Source: a virus (taxonomy: Duplodnaviria; Caudoviricetes). From it: 43,429 nt of DNA. Below are positions 35,165 to 43,429 of the stretch, in pieces; within the stretch, counting starts at the first letter, position 1; every line of letters starts with the position of its first letter. The DNA lies in IMG/VR virus record IMGVR_UViG_3300021340_000006, positions 1 to 43,429 of that record, one strand, 5' to 3'. The translations under genes and the position numbers were made by a program. The notes under the pieces were generated by a model. It saw nothing but the letters and a program-made list of their open reading frames with translations, was not told the origin of the DNA and made no database searches.

Positions 35165-36116
35165 AGCCGACCTGATCGACGCCCCTGAGCGGCGCTCGGT
35201 CCCCGCGTCGCAGTTCGAGTTCCGCACCGGGGCGAACAACACGCTGAAGTTCAGCGGCTACGCCTCAGTGTTCGACAAGGGCTACGACGTCCACGGCGGT
35301 ATCGCCGCCGGCGGCTGGACCGAGTACGTCACCCGCAAAGCCTTCGACGTCACCCTGCGGGCCAACCCCGATGTCCACCTGCTGATCAACCATGACGGAC
35401 TCCCGTTGGCGCGCACCAAGTCCGGCACCCTGCGCCTGGGCGTGGACACCACCGGGCTGATCTCCGAGGCCAACCTCGACCTGCGCGACCACACCGTGCG
35501 GTCTCTTGCGGTCAAGATGGAACGCGGCGACGTCGACGAGATGTCCTTCGCGTTCCGGGTTAAGGGCCAGCAATGGAACACCGACGAGACCGAACGGTCA
35601 CTGACCGAGGTTTCCCTGCACAAGGGCGATGTGTCGATCGTGTCCTTCGGCGCCAACCCGCACACCTCGGCCACCATCCGCTCCGCGGTGGAGCGGCTGG
35701 CCAACCTCAAGGGCGAGGAGCTCGCCGAGCTGCGCGCGATGTCTGACGACGTCGACCGCGCCGTCACCCAGCTACTGGCCTCCCGTGGAGAAACCCGGCC
35801 GCCGGCCAACGAGTCGCTGCGCGCACTGCTGGCCCGCATCAAACGCTCGGCCACCGAGGGGCAGATCGGCGACCCGCGCAATTCCACTCTCGCCCAAGCG
35901 ATTCACGACATGTGCGCCGAGGCCGGAGCGGACTGCGGCACCGAAACCCAGCCCGACGACGATCCCGCCGATGACATGAAGCTCTCCGCCGGCCCGGCCC
36001 CGGAACGTCGCCAGAACGGATCCGGCCTGTCAATCTCGGAATACCGGCGGCTGTGCCGCCCGGGCGGTCAATCCGGCCCGCTCACCGTCAAGGAAGCCGC
36101 CTCGCTGGCCTCCTGA
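35157..36116 (+). CDS. prohead (capsid maturation) protease, HK97 family, with C-terminal extension
   Basis: FSGYASVF, LLINHD, MSFAF, DVSIVSFGANP. Confidence 0.93.
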   Translation: MDKADLIDAPERRSVPASQFEFRTGANNTLKFSGYASVFDKGYDVHGGIAAGGWTEYVTRKAFDVTLRANPDVHLLINHDGLPLARTKSGTLRLGVDTTGLISEANLDLRDHTVRSLAVKMERGDVDEMSFAFRVKGQQWNTDETERSLTEVSLHKGDVSIVSFGANPHTSATIRSAVERLANLKGEELAELRAMSDDVDRAVTQLLASRGETRPPANESLRALLARIKRSATEGQIGDPRNSTLAQAIHDMCAEAGADCGTETQPDDDPADDMKLSAGPAPERRQNGSGLSISEYRRLCRPGGQSGPLTVKEAASLAS

Positions 36117-36125
36117 CCCATCAAC

Positions 36126-36200
36126 TTAGGCCCCGCACCCCTGGCACTGGGGTGCGGCCTAAACCTGCCCGCCATCGGGCAGAACGCCCTGGCACTGGGC
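36126..36200 (+). promoter_or_regulatory. three-hairpin leader upstream of the capsid gene
   Basis: Hairpins at 36126-36162, 36165-36182 and 36186-36200. The first and third share the loop TGGCACT. Confidence 0.6.
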
Positions 36201-36251
36201 CGCGCTGAGGCGCACCACCATTCACATCAATCCGAAAGGAACCTCTCCATC

Positions 36252-37652
36252 ATGGAGGAATTTCTCAAGCGGCTCATGGCGCAGCGCGAAGAAGCTGCCA
36301 AGGAGCGCGAAACCCTGATTTCCAAGCGTCAAGCCATCCTGGACGTGGCCGAGGCCGCGGGCATGGAAAACCTGACCGATGTCGAGGACAGCGAGTTCCG
36401 CTCGTTCACCAAGGACATCGAGAAGACCGACGCCCGCCTCAGCGGCCTCGACGAGCGCATCGAAGAGCAGCGCTCGGAGATCTCCCGCGCCGGCAAGCTC
36501 TCCGACGGCGACAAGCGTCTGCGGGAAGCCCGCCGCCTTGTCGAGTCGGTGCGCGAGCAGGCCACCTACGTCAAGGGCGACCCCCGCCGGTCCTACCTCA
36601 AGGACTTGGTCACCGTGTCGATCCCCGGCCGCTCCGATGCCGATGAGGCACGCGAGCGCCTGTCGCGGCACGCCCAGGACGTCGATACCCTCCCGGAGTA
36701 CATGGAGGCCCGCAACCTGAACCGCACCAGCGGCACCGGTGGCTACGCCGTCCCGCCGTCGTGGTTGGTCGACCAGTACATCGCGCTGGCGCGCGCCGGT
36801 CGCCCGGTCGCCAACGTGGTTCAGAACCAGGCACTCCCGGCCGGCACCAACAGCATCAACATCCCCAAGCTGGCCACCGGAACCGCCACGGCCATCCAGA
36901 ACGGCGACAACGTCAACGTTCAGGAAACCGACCTGACGGATAGCTACGTCACCGCCCCGGTGCAGACCATCGCCGGTCAGCAGGGCCTGTCGATTCAGCT
37001 GCTGGATCAGAGCCCGATCGCGTTCGACGAGGTCGTCTTCCGGGATCTGACGCAGGACCACGCCACCAAGGTCGACGCCCAGGTGCTCTACGGCACCGGC
37101 TCCAACGGCCAGGTGCAGGGCATCCACGGCACCAGCAACATCCTGACCGTGGCCTCCGGTGGCACGACCATCGCCTACGTCTACGCGGCGGTGGCCAACG
37201 CCATCCAGCAGATCCACGCCAGCCGTTTCCTCCCGCCCGAGGTGATCGTGATGCACCCGCGGCGCTGGGGCTGGTTCCTGTCGCTGCTGGACAGCCAGAG
37301 CCGTCCGCTGTTCCTCCCGGCGGCGAACAACCCGATGAACGCCGGCGGCATCCTCGAGAAGGTCGACTCCCAGCAGGTCGTCGGCCAGATGCACGGTTTG
37401 CCCGTCATCACCGATCCGAACCTGTCGACCAACAACGGCGCAGGCAGCAACCAGGACTACGTCTACGTCATGCGCGCTTCGGATCTCATCCTGTGGGAGT
37501 CGGGTCTGCGGACCCGCGTCCTGCCGGAGACCCGGGCGACCTCGCTGACGGTGCTCCTGCAGGTCTTCTCCTACGTCGCCTTCTCCGCGGGCCGCTACCC
37601 GCAGAGCGTCGCGGAGATCACCGGCCTGATCGCTCCCACGTGGGGCAGCTAG
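36252..37652 (+). CDS. major capsid protein (HK97 fold, N-terminal delta domain)
   Basis: Coiled-coil N-terminus, GGYAVPP, LYGTG, MHGLPV. AAAGGA RBS. Confidence 0.95.
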   Translation: MEEFLKRLMAQREEAAKERETLISKRQAILDVAEAAGMENLTDVEDSEFRSFTKDIEKTDARLSGLDERIEEQRSEISRAGKLSDGDKRLREARRLVESVREQATYVKGDPRRSYLKDLVTVSIPGRSDADEARERLSRHAQDVDTLPEYMEARNLNRTSGTGGYAVPPSWLVDQYIALARAGRPVANVVQNQALPAGTNSINIPKLATGTATAIQNGDNVNVQETDLTDSYVTAPVQTIAGQQGLSIQLLDQSPIAFDEVVFRDLTQDHATKVDAQVLYGTGSNGQVQGIHGTSNILTVASGGTTIAYVYAAVANAIQQIHASRFLPPEVIVMHPRRWGWFLSLLDSQSRPLFLPAANNPMNAGGILEKVDSQQVVGQMHGLPVITDPNLSTNNGAGSNQDYVYVMRASDLILWESGLRTRVLPETRATSLTVLLQVFSYVAFSAGRYPQSVAEITGLIAPTWGS

Positions 37653-37661
37653 CCAGGTAAC

Positions 37662-37708
37662 CGAGCGAGGCTGGGGGCAGGGCGATCCCTTGCCCCCAGC
37701 CTCGCTCG
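37662..37708 (+). terminator. long GC stem-loop after the capsid gene
   Basis: 18-bp perfect inverted repeat CGAGCGAGGCTGGGGGCA / TGCCCCCAGCCTCGCTCG with no U tract. Confidence 0.7.
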
Positions 37709-37736
37709 ACGGCACAACTACAGAAGAGGTCTCTCG

Positions 37737-38003
37737 GTGAACCTGGAAGTCCGGCACGAATTGGATCCCCCGATCCAGCTGCGTGATGTCGACGCCGACT
37801 ACGCGCGCTCCATCGACGAGGCGATCGCCACCTACACCTCCCTCGGTCGCGAACCCACCGAGCACCTGCTGGCGCTCAAGGCGGAGATCGCCGCGCACGC
37901 CGCGCTTGAGAACAAGGCCGACGACACCGCGCTGGAGACGGCCGTCCCGGCACCGTCGGCGCCTGCGCGCCGGAGAGTCAAGCGTGAGCACACCGCTGGT
38001 TGA
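37737..38003 (+). CDS. hypothetical protein after capsid
   Basis: GAGG RBS, 88 aa. Confidence 0.7.
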   Translation: MNLEVRHELDPPIQLRDVDADYARSIDEAIATYTSLGREPTEHLLALKAEIAAHAALENKADDTALETAVPAPSAPARRRVKREHTAG

Positions 38004-38535
38004 TCCCGACGGTGACGATGACTTCGACGCCTGGGGGGCACCGGATCAGTCGGTGTTCATCGCGATGGCTGAGGCCGAGGTGCGCAAGTACTGCGGCTGG
38101 CACATCGCCCCCTCGTTGACGGTCACCGCGCAACGCTGCTGGTTCGGCTCCCGCGACTTGGTCATGCTGCCCTCGGCGTATGTCACCGCCGTCGACACCG
38201 TGGCCATCGACGGCAAGATCCAGACGGCCGACACCGACTACTACTGGGACGCCCCGAACCCGTGGATCCGCCGCAAGCCGATGTCGTGGCCCAAGAACAA
38301 GTTCGCGCTCATCGGATTCACTCACGGCTACGACGTCACCCCGATCGACGTCAAGGCAGTCATCTTTGAGCTGGTGTCCACGGCCATGGAACTTCCGGCC
38401 AGCAACGCCACCGAGATTCGGACCGCGCAGTACAACCTCAAGCTGCGCCGCGAGATCGGCATGGAACTGACCGGCGCGCACCGTAACCGCTTGGGCCGCT
38501 ACCGGATCCCGCGCTTCGGCGCACAACTGTGCTGA
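37984..38535 (+). CDS. head-to-tail adaptor
   Basis: AEAEVRKYCGWHIAP...FTHGY...LGRYRI. Confidence 0.85.
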   Translation: MSTPLVDPDGDDDFDAWGAPDQSVFIAMAEAEVRKYCGWHIAPSLTVTAQRCWFGSRDLVMLPSAYVTAVDTVAIDGKIQTADTDYYWDAPNPWIRRKPMSWPKNKFALIGFTHGYDVTPIDVKAVIFELVSTAMELPASNATEIRTAQYNLKLRREIGMELTGAHRNRLGRYRIPRFGAQLC

Positions 38536-38936
38536 TGGCCAGCATCCCCGCCCCGATCACCGTCTACCACCGCCCGTGGATCACCACCGGTGCCACCGAC
38601 GCGCACGGCAACCCCGCCTACGCGCTCGGCCCGACGGTCGCGCGCAAAGTGCAGGCCATCAACGAGTTCGGCCGGCGAGGGTCTTCCCGTGAAGTGGTCT
38701 CACCCGATTTCGTCAACCGCGCCGAAACGGTGCTGGAAATCGCGGTGCCCGACGCGACGCTCTACCACCAGAAGGACCAAGTCATCATCGGCGCCACCGG
38801 AACCGACAACGCCGGGGAACCGGTGGACGGCCTGGAGTTTCACGTGGAGGGCGTCCCCTCGGACAACAAGCTCGGCCCACTGCCCCTGCTCAACCGGATG
38901 ATCGGCGGCGTCGTGCGCGTTCGGAGGGTCACCTAG
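38535..38936 (+). CDS. head-to-tail stopper
   Basis: TDAHGNP...FHVEGVP...VRVRRVT. Position fits. Confidence 0.75.
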   Translation: MASIPAPITVYHRPWITTGATDAHGNPAYALGPTVARKVQAINEFGRRGSSREVVSPDFVNRAETVLEIAVPDATLYHQKDQVIIGATGTDNAGEPVDGLEFHVEGVPSDNKLGPLPLLNRMIGGVVRVRRVT

Positions 38937-39266
38937 ATGGCTGAGGACCTCAACATCGTCTACGGCGTCAATGACACCGGGACGTCGTTCTCCATGAGCC
39001 CGACCTCCGGTGACTATGACCCCGGCAACCTGGTCGAGATCGACCGGGCGATCCGGCATATGCCCGCGGTGGTGGACTATCTGCAGAAGAAGGCCGGCGA
39101 GTGCCGGGGGATGATCGAGCACGCCGAACACTTCCGCGTGATCATGTCCACCGGCGGGCAGTCCCGCGCCCGCGCCTACGTCGCCCCGTCCGACAACGCC
39201 GGGATCCACCTCGAGTTGGCCGACAGCGTGATGCTCAAGGCCGCGGCGTCGATGTCGGGCCGATGA
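38937..39266 (+). CDS. neck / tail completion protein
   Basis: RARAYV...LKAA. Position fits. Confidence 0.65.
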   Translation: MAEDLNIVYGVNDTGTSFSMSPTSGDYDPGNLVEIDRAIRHMPAVVDYLQKKAGECRGMIEHAEHFRVIMSTGGQSRARAYVAPSDNAGIHLELADSVMLKAAASMSGR

Positions 39267-39691
39267 CCTGGACCCCCGGCCACCTCGACCCGGTTGTCCT
39301 TCCCCCGGACATCGAAGAAATCGCGGTCACCTACCTCAGCGGCATCGTGTCCCCAACACCGGTGGCCACCCGAATGCCCAACCCGGCCAACCAGTCCGAC
39401 ACCGTCAACGACTTCCTGCGCGTGGAAGCCGCCGGCGGTGGCCGCCACAACTACCTGCTCTGGGAGTTGGCGTTCATCATGCACGCCTACTCACCGACCG
39501 AGACCGCCGCCGCCGCGCTGGCCCAGAAGGTCACCGCGCACGCCGCCGCGGCCCGCGGCCAGGTCGTCAACGGCTTCCCGATTCAGGCGGTCGTCAGCGT
39601 CGTCGCCCCGACGCGATTGAGCGACCCCAACATCAACCTCATCCGCTACCGCTCGATGGTCATCTGGCGCATGCCAGGCCGCCCCACCTAA
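39263..39691 (+). CDS. tail terminator protein
   Basis: DIEE...VATRMP...FLRVEAAGG...DPNINLIRY. Confidence 0.8.
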   Translation: MTWTPGHLDPVVLPPDIEEIAVTYLSGIVSPTPVATRMPNPANQSDTVNDFLRVEAAGGGRHNYLLWELAFIMHAYSPTETAAAALAQKVTAHAAAARGQVVNGFPIQAVVSVVAPTRLSDPNINLIRYRSMVIWRMPGRPT

Positions 39692-39705
39692 AGCCGCAGT
39701 ACCCG

Positions 39706-39779
39706 CACAACTGAATACCCACAACCGAATACCGCTCCCACACTCTCCAGCCCTTGACAGCCTGTCCGGGGCTTTTTTC
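39706..39779 (+). promoter_or_regulatory. tandem CACAA(C/T)GAATACC-type repeat followed by terminator-like hairpin
   Basis: CACAACTGAATACC (39706) and CACAACCGAATACC (39720), then AGCCC..GACAG/CTGTC..GGGCT followed by TTTTT. Confidence 0.6.
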
Positions 39780-39796
39780 ATTGGAAGGAAAACCCC

Positions 39797-40417
39797 ATGC
39801 CGGTTACCGCCGACAATGCCGGGCAGGCGATTTCAGCACAGCCTCGAATCACCGGCTCGGTCCTCTACGCACCCCTGGGCACCGCACTGCCCTCCACCAG
39901 CTACGACACACTGGCCTCCGGTTTCACCGACCTCGGCTACATCGACGAGAACGGCGTCAAAACCAAGGAAGACCGCTCCAGCACCGACGTGTACGCCTGG
40001 GGCGCCAACCTGGTCGGCTCACTGCAGGACAAGTACTCCCGCACGCTGTCGTTCAAGCTCTACCAGTTCCTCAACGAGAACGTCCTGGCCACGGCCTACG
40101 GCAACGCCAACACCACCGTGACCGCCCCGACGTCGTTGCACGGCAAGGAAATCGCGGTCAAGCTCAACGCGCTGCTGCTCGACACCCTCACCTGGGTATT
40201 TGACGGCTACTACGCCACCACGGCCGGCTACCAGGCGCTGGTGCGCTACGTCATCCCCGTCGGTCGCCCGGTGCAGATCGGTGACGTGAACATGACCAAC
40301 AAGGAGTTCATGTCCGCCGACATCACGTTGAAGGCGTTCCCGGACAGCAACAACAACCTCGGGTACCTCTACGTCAACGACGGCATCAAGACCGGATCGA
40401 GCATCGGTGGCAGCTAA
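39797..40417 (+). CDS. major tail (tube) protein
   Basis: APLGTALP...DLGYIDENGV...AWG...ITLKAFPD. GGAAGGA RBS. Confidence 0.92.
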   Translation: MPVTADNAGQAISAQPRITGSVLYAPLGTALPSTSYDTLASGFTDLGYIDENGVKTKEDRSSTDVYAWGANLVGSLQDKYSRTLSFKLYQFLNENVLATAYGNANTTVTAPTSLHGKEIAVKLNALLLDTLTWVFDGYYATTAGYQALVRYVIPVGRPVQIGDVNMTNKEFMSADITLKAFPDSNNNLGYLYVNDGIKTGSSIGGS

Positions 40418-40754
40418 GAAGGCAATCCCGCAGCCACCCTCCCCCGGGAAGGGGGACGCTTCGGCGTCCCCCTACCCCGAAGGCACCCCGCTGTTCACGT
40501 GGAAACCCAAGGACGGCAGCGACCAGATCGTGTTCCCCAAGGCCACCACAGTGGTCAAACCCGGCGAGGCGTTCCGATTCTTCTTCAAGCTCAACAAGCT
40601 CAAGGGCGACATGGTCGGCCAGTTCGTGTTCATGATGGACTCCGCCGGCGTGCCCGAGGCGATGCAGGAGCGCGCGGCCTGCCTCCCCGATGACGAGGTC
40701 ATGGAACTGATCTCGGCATGGACGGGGGAGCTGAGCGAGCGGGGGGAATCCTAA
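40407..40754 (+). CDS. tail assembly chaperone (gpG-like)
   Basis: Lies between the tail tube and tape measure, ends at a slippery site. Confidence 0.85.
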   Translation: MAAKKAIPQPPSPGKGDASASPYPEGTPLFTWKPKDGSDQIVFPKATTVVKPGEAFRFFFKLNKLKGDMVGQFVFMMDSAGVPEAMQERAACLPDDEVMELISAWTGELSERGES

Positions 40755-41197
40755 CGGTCGCCGGAGCGGCGGCCGAGCTGTTGTGGGTCGCTGAAACGGT
40801 GGCCGAGCACACCAACGCCGTCGTGCTCGACCTGCTCGGAATGGGTTTACATGCAGTAGATCTGGGCACCGAGAAGCTTTCGGTGGGGGAGCTGATGGCC
40901 GTCGTGCTGGCCTGCCCGCCCGGGTCGGCGGTGCGCTACCACGCCGTCGACAAGGGTTGGACTCCCGAAGCCCAGTTGCTGGCCAACCTCGGCGAGCAGC
41001 AGGCCGGGGTCCTGCAACTGTCCGGGCGCTACCCGCGGCCCGGGCTGCCCGTCGAACCGGCCGAGATTCCCAACCCGATCGGCCCCGACGGCGGCCCGCG
41101 CCTGACCCCGATGACGCTGTCCGAGTACAAGGCCCGCCGCGACCGCGACCAGGCCCACGCCGCTCAATTGGCTTCCACCGAAAAGAGACTCGCCTAA
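40741..41197 (+). CDS. frameshifted tail assembly chaperone extension (gpGT-like)
   Basis: GGGGGGAA at 40741-40748 just before TAA. The -1 frame stays open to 41197 (WTPEAQLLA..., YPRPG). Confidence 0.85.
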
Positions 41198-41201
41198 ACC
41201 G

Positions 41202-43429
41202 ATGGCCGAAAACGACATCAATCTGGCTGCGCTGTGGATCCCGGTCATGGCCGAGACCTCCCACATCAAGGAGCAGCTCAAGAAGGCCGGCGAAGAGGGC
41301 AAGAAGGCATTCCTAGACGGCCTGTCCGGCGCGGGGGAGAAGGCCGGCGAGGGGTTCCTCGAGGGCCTGCGATCCTCGGATCTGACCGGCGGAATGACCC
41401 GGATCCTGCAGGGCGGCTGGGCCGGGGTTGTGGCGGCGTTCACCGAGAAAGGCCTCGACCTGATCGGGGAAACCTTCGAGAAGATGACCGAGATGGCCAA
41501 GGAGGCCGCCAAATCGATCATCGAGGTCGGCGAAGCTTGGCACGAGGTCGGCCGCCAGCTGGAGACGTTCACCAACGCCTCGGGGGAGAAGCTCGAAGAG
41601 CTCAAGCGCACCGCCGACGATGTGGTGCGCGGTGGCCTGGACGTGTCCATGAAGGACCTCGGCCAGACGATGGGTATCCTCAGCCAGCGCATCGGGCTGA
41701 CCGGCCAGCCGCTGGAGACGATGACCCGTCATGTCATGGAGTTGGGCGACCGGTTCGGTCGGCTCAACGTGCAGAACCTCGCCGCGGCGTTCCACGGGTT
41801 CGGCGTCTCCGGGGCTGATGCCGACAAGGCACTGCAGTCGTTGCTCAACGTCGCCCGCAACCTCGGCATGCCCCTGGACGAGGTCATTGCCGGTGCTAAA
41901 CAGGGCGGCTCGGTGTTCCGCCAGCTTGGCTTGGACATCGGCGAATCCGGTGCTCTGGCAGCGCAACTGAGCGCAGCGGGGATTGACCTCGCTCCAGTGC
42001 TGCGTGCATTGCAGGCGTCAATGAAGAAGCTGCCGCCCGGCGAAACCTTGGCCGAGGGAATCAAAGATCTCGTCAGCCAGCTCAGGGCAGCGATCGACAC
42101 CGGCAACGTGGCCGCCCAGCAGGATCTCGCCACCAAGATCTTCGGCCCAAAGTGGGCGGATGCGCTGCAGGCGATTCAGCGCGGCCTGCTCGACACCAAT
42201 ACCCTGGTGTCCACCTTCGCTGACAACGGCGCGGAGTCGATCGACCAGTTCCTTGAGCACACCAAGTCCCTCGGCAACGAGTGGCAGGACTTCAAGAACC
42301 AGATGGCCCTGGATCTGCAGCCCCTCGGTGAGACCGCGATCAAGGGCCTCGAGGAGGCGCTGAGCCACCTCAAGAAGTGGATCGACGAGCACCACAACGA
42401 GATCATCGAGAAGATCCGCGAATACGGCTCCAAGTTCATCGACAACCTGCCCCTGATCAAGCAGTTCGTCGAGGGCGCCATCGTCACGATGGGCGCCTTC
42501 TTCGACTTCATGAAGAACGGCGCAGCCACCATCGGCAGCGTGCTGGCCGACATCACCTGGCTGTGGGCCAAGGTTACCTTCAACGATGACCTGGCCAGCC
42601 GTGCCGATGACATGCTCGACTCGTTCCAGAAGATGGAAAAGCTCGACTTCACCACGGCGGCAACGACGTTGTCCCATGTCGTCGACGGCATCGACACCTC
42701 GCCGGAGAAACTGCAGGAACTCAAGGACGCCCTCAACGGCATCACTGACAACCTCAAGGACCCGATCTGGTCGGCGGCCGGCGCGGGCACGACCGGCCCC
42801 GGTGCACTCGGCTCACTCGGCGGCCCGATGGGCTCCGTCCCGTCGATCGCACCGTTGGATAACGGCGGCGGGGCGGACGTTGGCGCGTCCTTCGGGGCGC
42901 CAGGCGGCGCAGGCCGCGGGCTGATCATCGGTCCCGGCGGCCCAGGAACCACTCCCAACGGATTTAAGCTGAGTCCATCCCTGCAACGGTTTACCGTAAA
43001 CGGGCAGACCGAGGCCGACGCCGCGGGAGGTCCGGCCAGCCGACTGGCAGCGTTCGCGCAATGGTTCAACGACAACATCGAGCCCGTCAAACAGTTGTCA
43101 GGTTTCGACGCTGGCGGGCACGGCATGGGAAGTCAGTCCAATCACGCCTCGGGCACAGCATTAGATATCAACTGGGACGATTTCACAGCCCTGCAGGGCC
43201 ACGGTGCCGATGCGAGAACTCACTTCTCACAGGCACAGATGCGAACCATCGTGGCCAAGCTGAACGAGATGGGAATGAACTGGGGTCAGTACTGGACTCC
43301 GGACTCCCGCGACCCGGGGCACTTTGAGCTCTCCGGTGCGCCGTACTCACAAAACGGTCCACAAAACGTCGGACCGCTGGCCGGCCAGGCCGCAGGCTTC
43401 CCCGGCCGCGGATTTCCGCTGCCCTGGAA
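41202..43429 (+). CDS. tape measure protein (runs off the window) with M15-type peptidase domain
   Basis: MAENDINLAALWIPVMAET..., Ala/Gly-rich helical sequence. In-frame SNHASGTALDINW and WGQYW...DPGHFEL at 43137-43332. Confidence 0.92.
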   Translation, partial: MAENDINLAALWIPVMAETSHIKEQLKKAGEEGKKAFLDGLSGAGEKAGEGFLEGLRSSDLTGGMTRILQGGWAGVVAAFTEKGLDLIGETFEKMTEMAKEAAKSIIEVGEAWHEVGRQLETFTNASGEKLEELKRTADDVVRGGLDVSMKDLGQTMGILSQRIGLTGQPLETMTRHVMELGDRFGRLNVQNLAAAFHGFGVSGADADKALQSLLNVARNLGMPLDEVIAGAKQGGSVFRQLGLDIGESGALAAQLSAAGIDLAPVLRALQASMKKLPPGETLAEGIKDLVSQLRAAIDTGNVAAQQDLATKIFGPKWADALQAIQRGLLDTNTLVSTFADNGAESIDQFLEHTKSLGNEWQDFKNQMALDLQPLGETAIKGLEEALSHLKKWIDEHHNEIIEKIREYGSKFIDNLPLIKQFVEGAIVTMGAFFDFMKNGAATIGSVLADITWLWAKVTFNDDLASRADDMLDSFQKMEKLDFTTAATTLSHVVDGIDTSPEKLQELKDALNGITDNLKDPIWSAAGAGTTGPGALGSLGGPMGSVPSIAPLDNGGGADVGASFGAPGGAGRGLIIGPGGPGTTPNGFKLSPSLQRFTVNGQTEADAAGGPASRLAAFAQWFNDNIEPVKQLSGFDAGGHGMGSQSNHASGTALDINWDDFTALQGHGADARTHFSQAQMRTIVAKLNEMGMNWGQYWTPDSRDPGHFELSGAPYSQNGPQNVGPLAGQAAGFPGRGFPLPW

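Noticed and set aside
36222-37991. 589-aa minus-strand ORF, and similar long antisense ORFs (30268-31260, 27027-27944, 42176-43126, 23453-24346)
   Set aside because: Antisense shadows of well-supported high-GC genes, with no recognisable motifs.

Overview
A temperate, HK97-type siphovirus of a Mycobacterium-like host, present as a circularly permuted excised genome: the attP is intact and the window reads straight through the probable cos/packaging junction. Order: distal tail and fibre genes with an embedded Dps gene (1-7.1 kb); lysis cassette (papain-like and C39-like peptidases, holin); superinfection-immunity gene; attP matching the tmRNA 3' end; tyrosine integrase; DUF3263/ImmA/repressor versus Cro/Xis switch; early genes (WhiB, Rad52-like SSAP, HNH, C5 methyltransferase, replication initiator, SSB, an array of small paralogues); a Zn-ribbon/HTH regulator; a five-gene glycosyltransferase operon; HNH; terminase, portal, protease, capsid, neck, tail tube, frameshifted chaperones; and a truncated tape measure with an M15 peptidase domain. 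The most notable candidate system is the expanded glycosylation operon together with plausible acceptors: C-terminal Gly-Ser on the capsid, tail tube and two small proteins, plus a Thr-rich collagen fibre. Also notable are a Dps inside the tail operon and a His-less LysB-like gene with a fibre-like gene inserted between terS and terL. All family calls come from motif recognition only; no searches were run.
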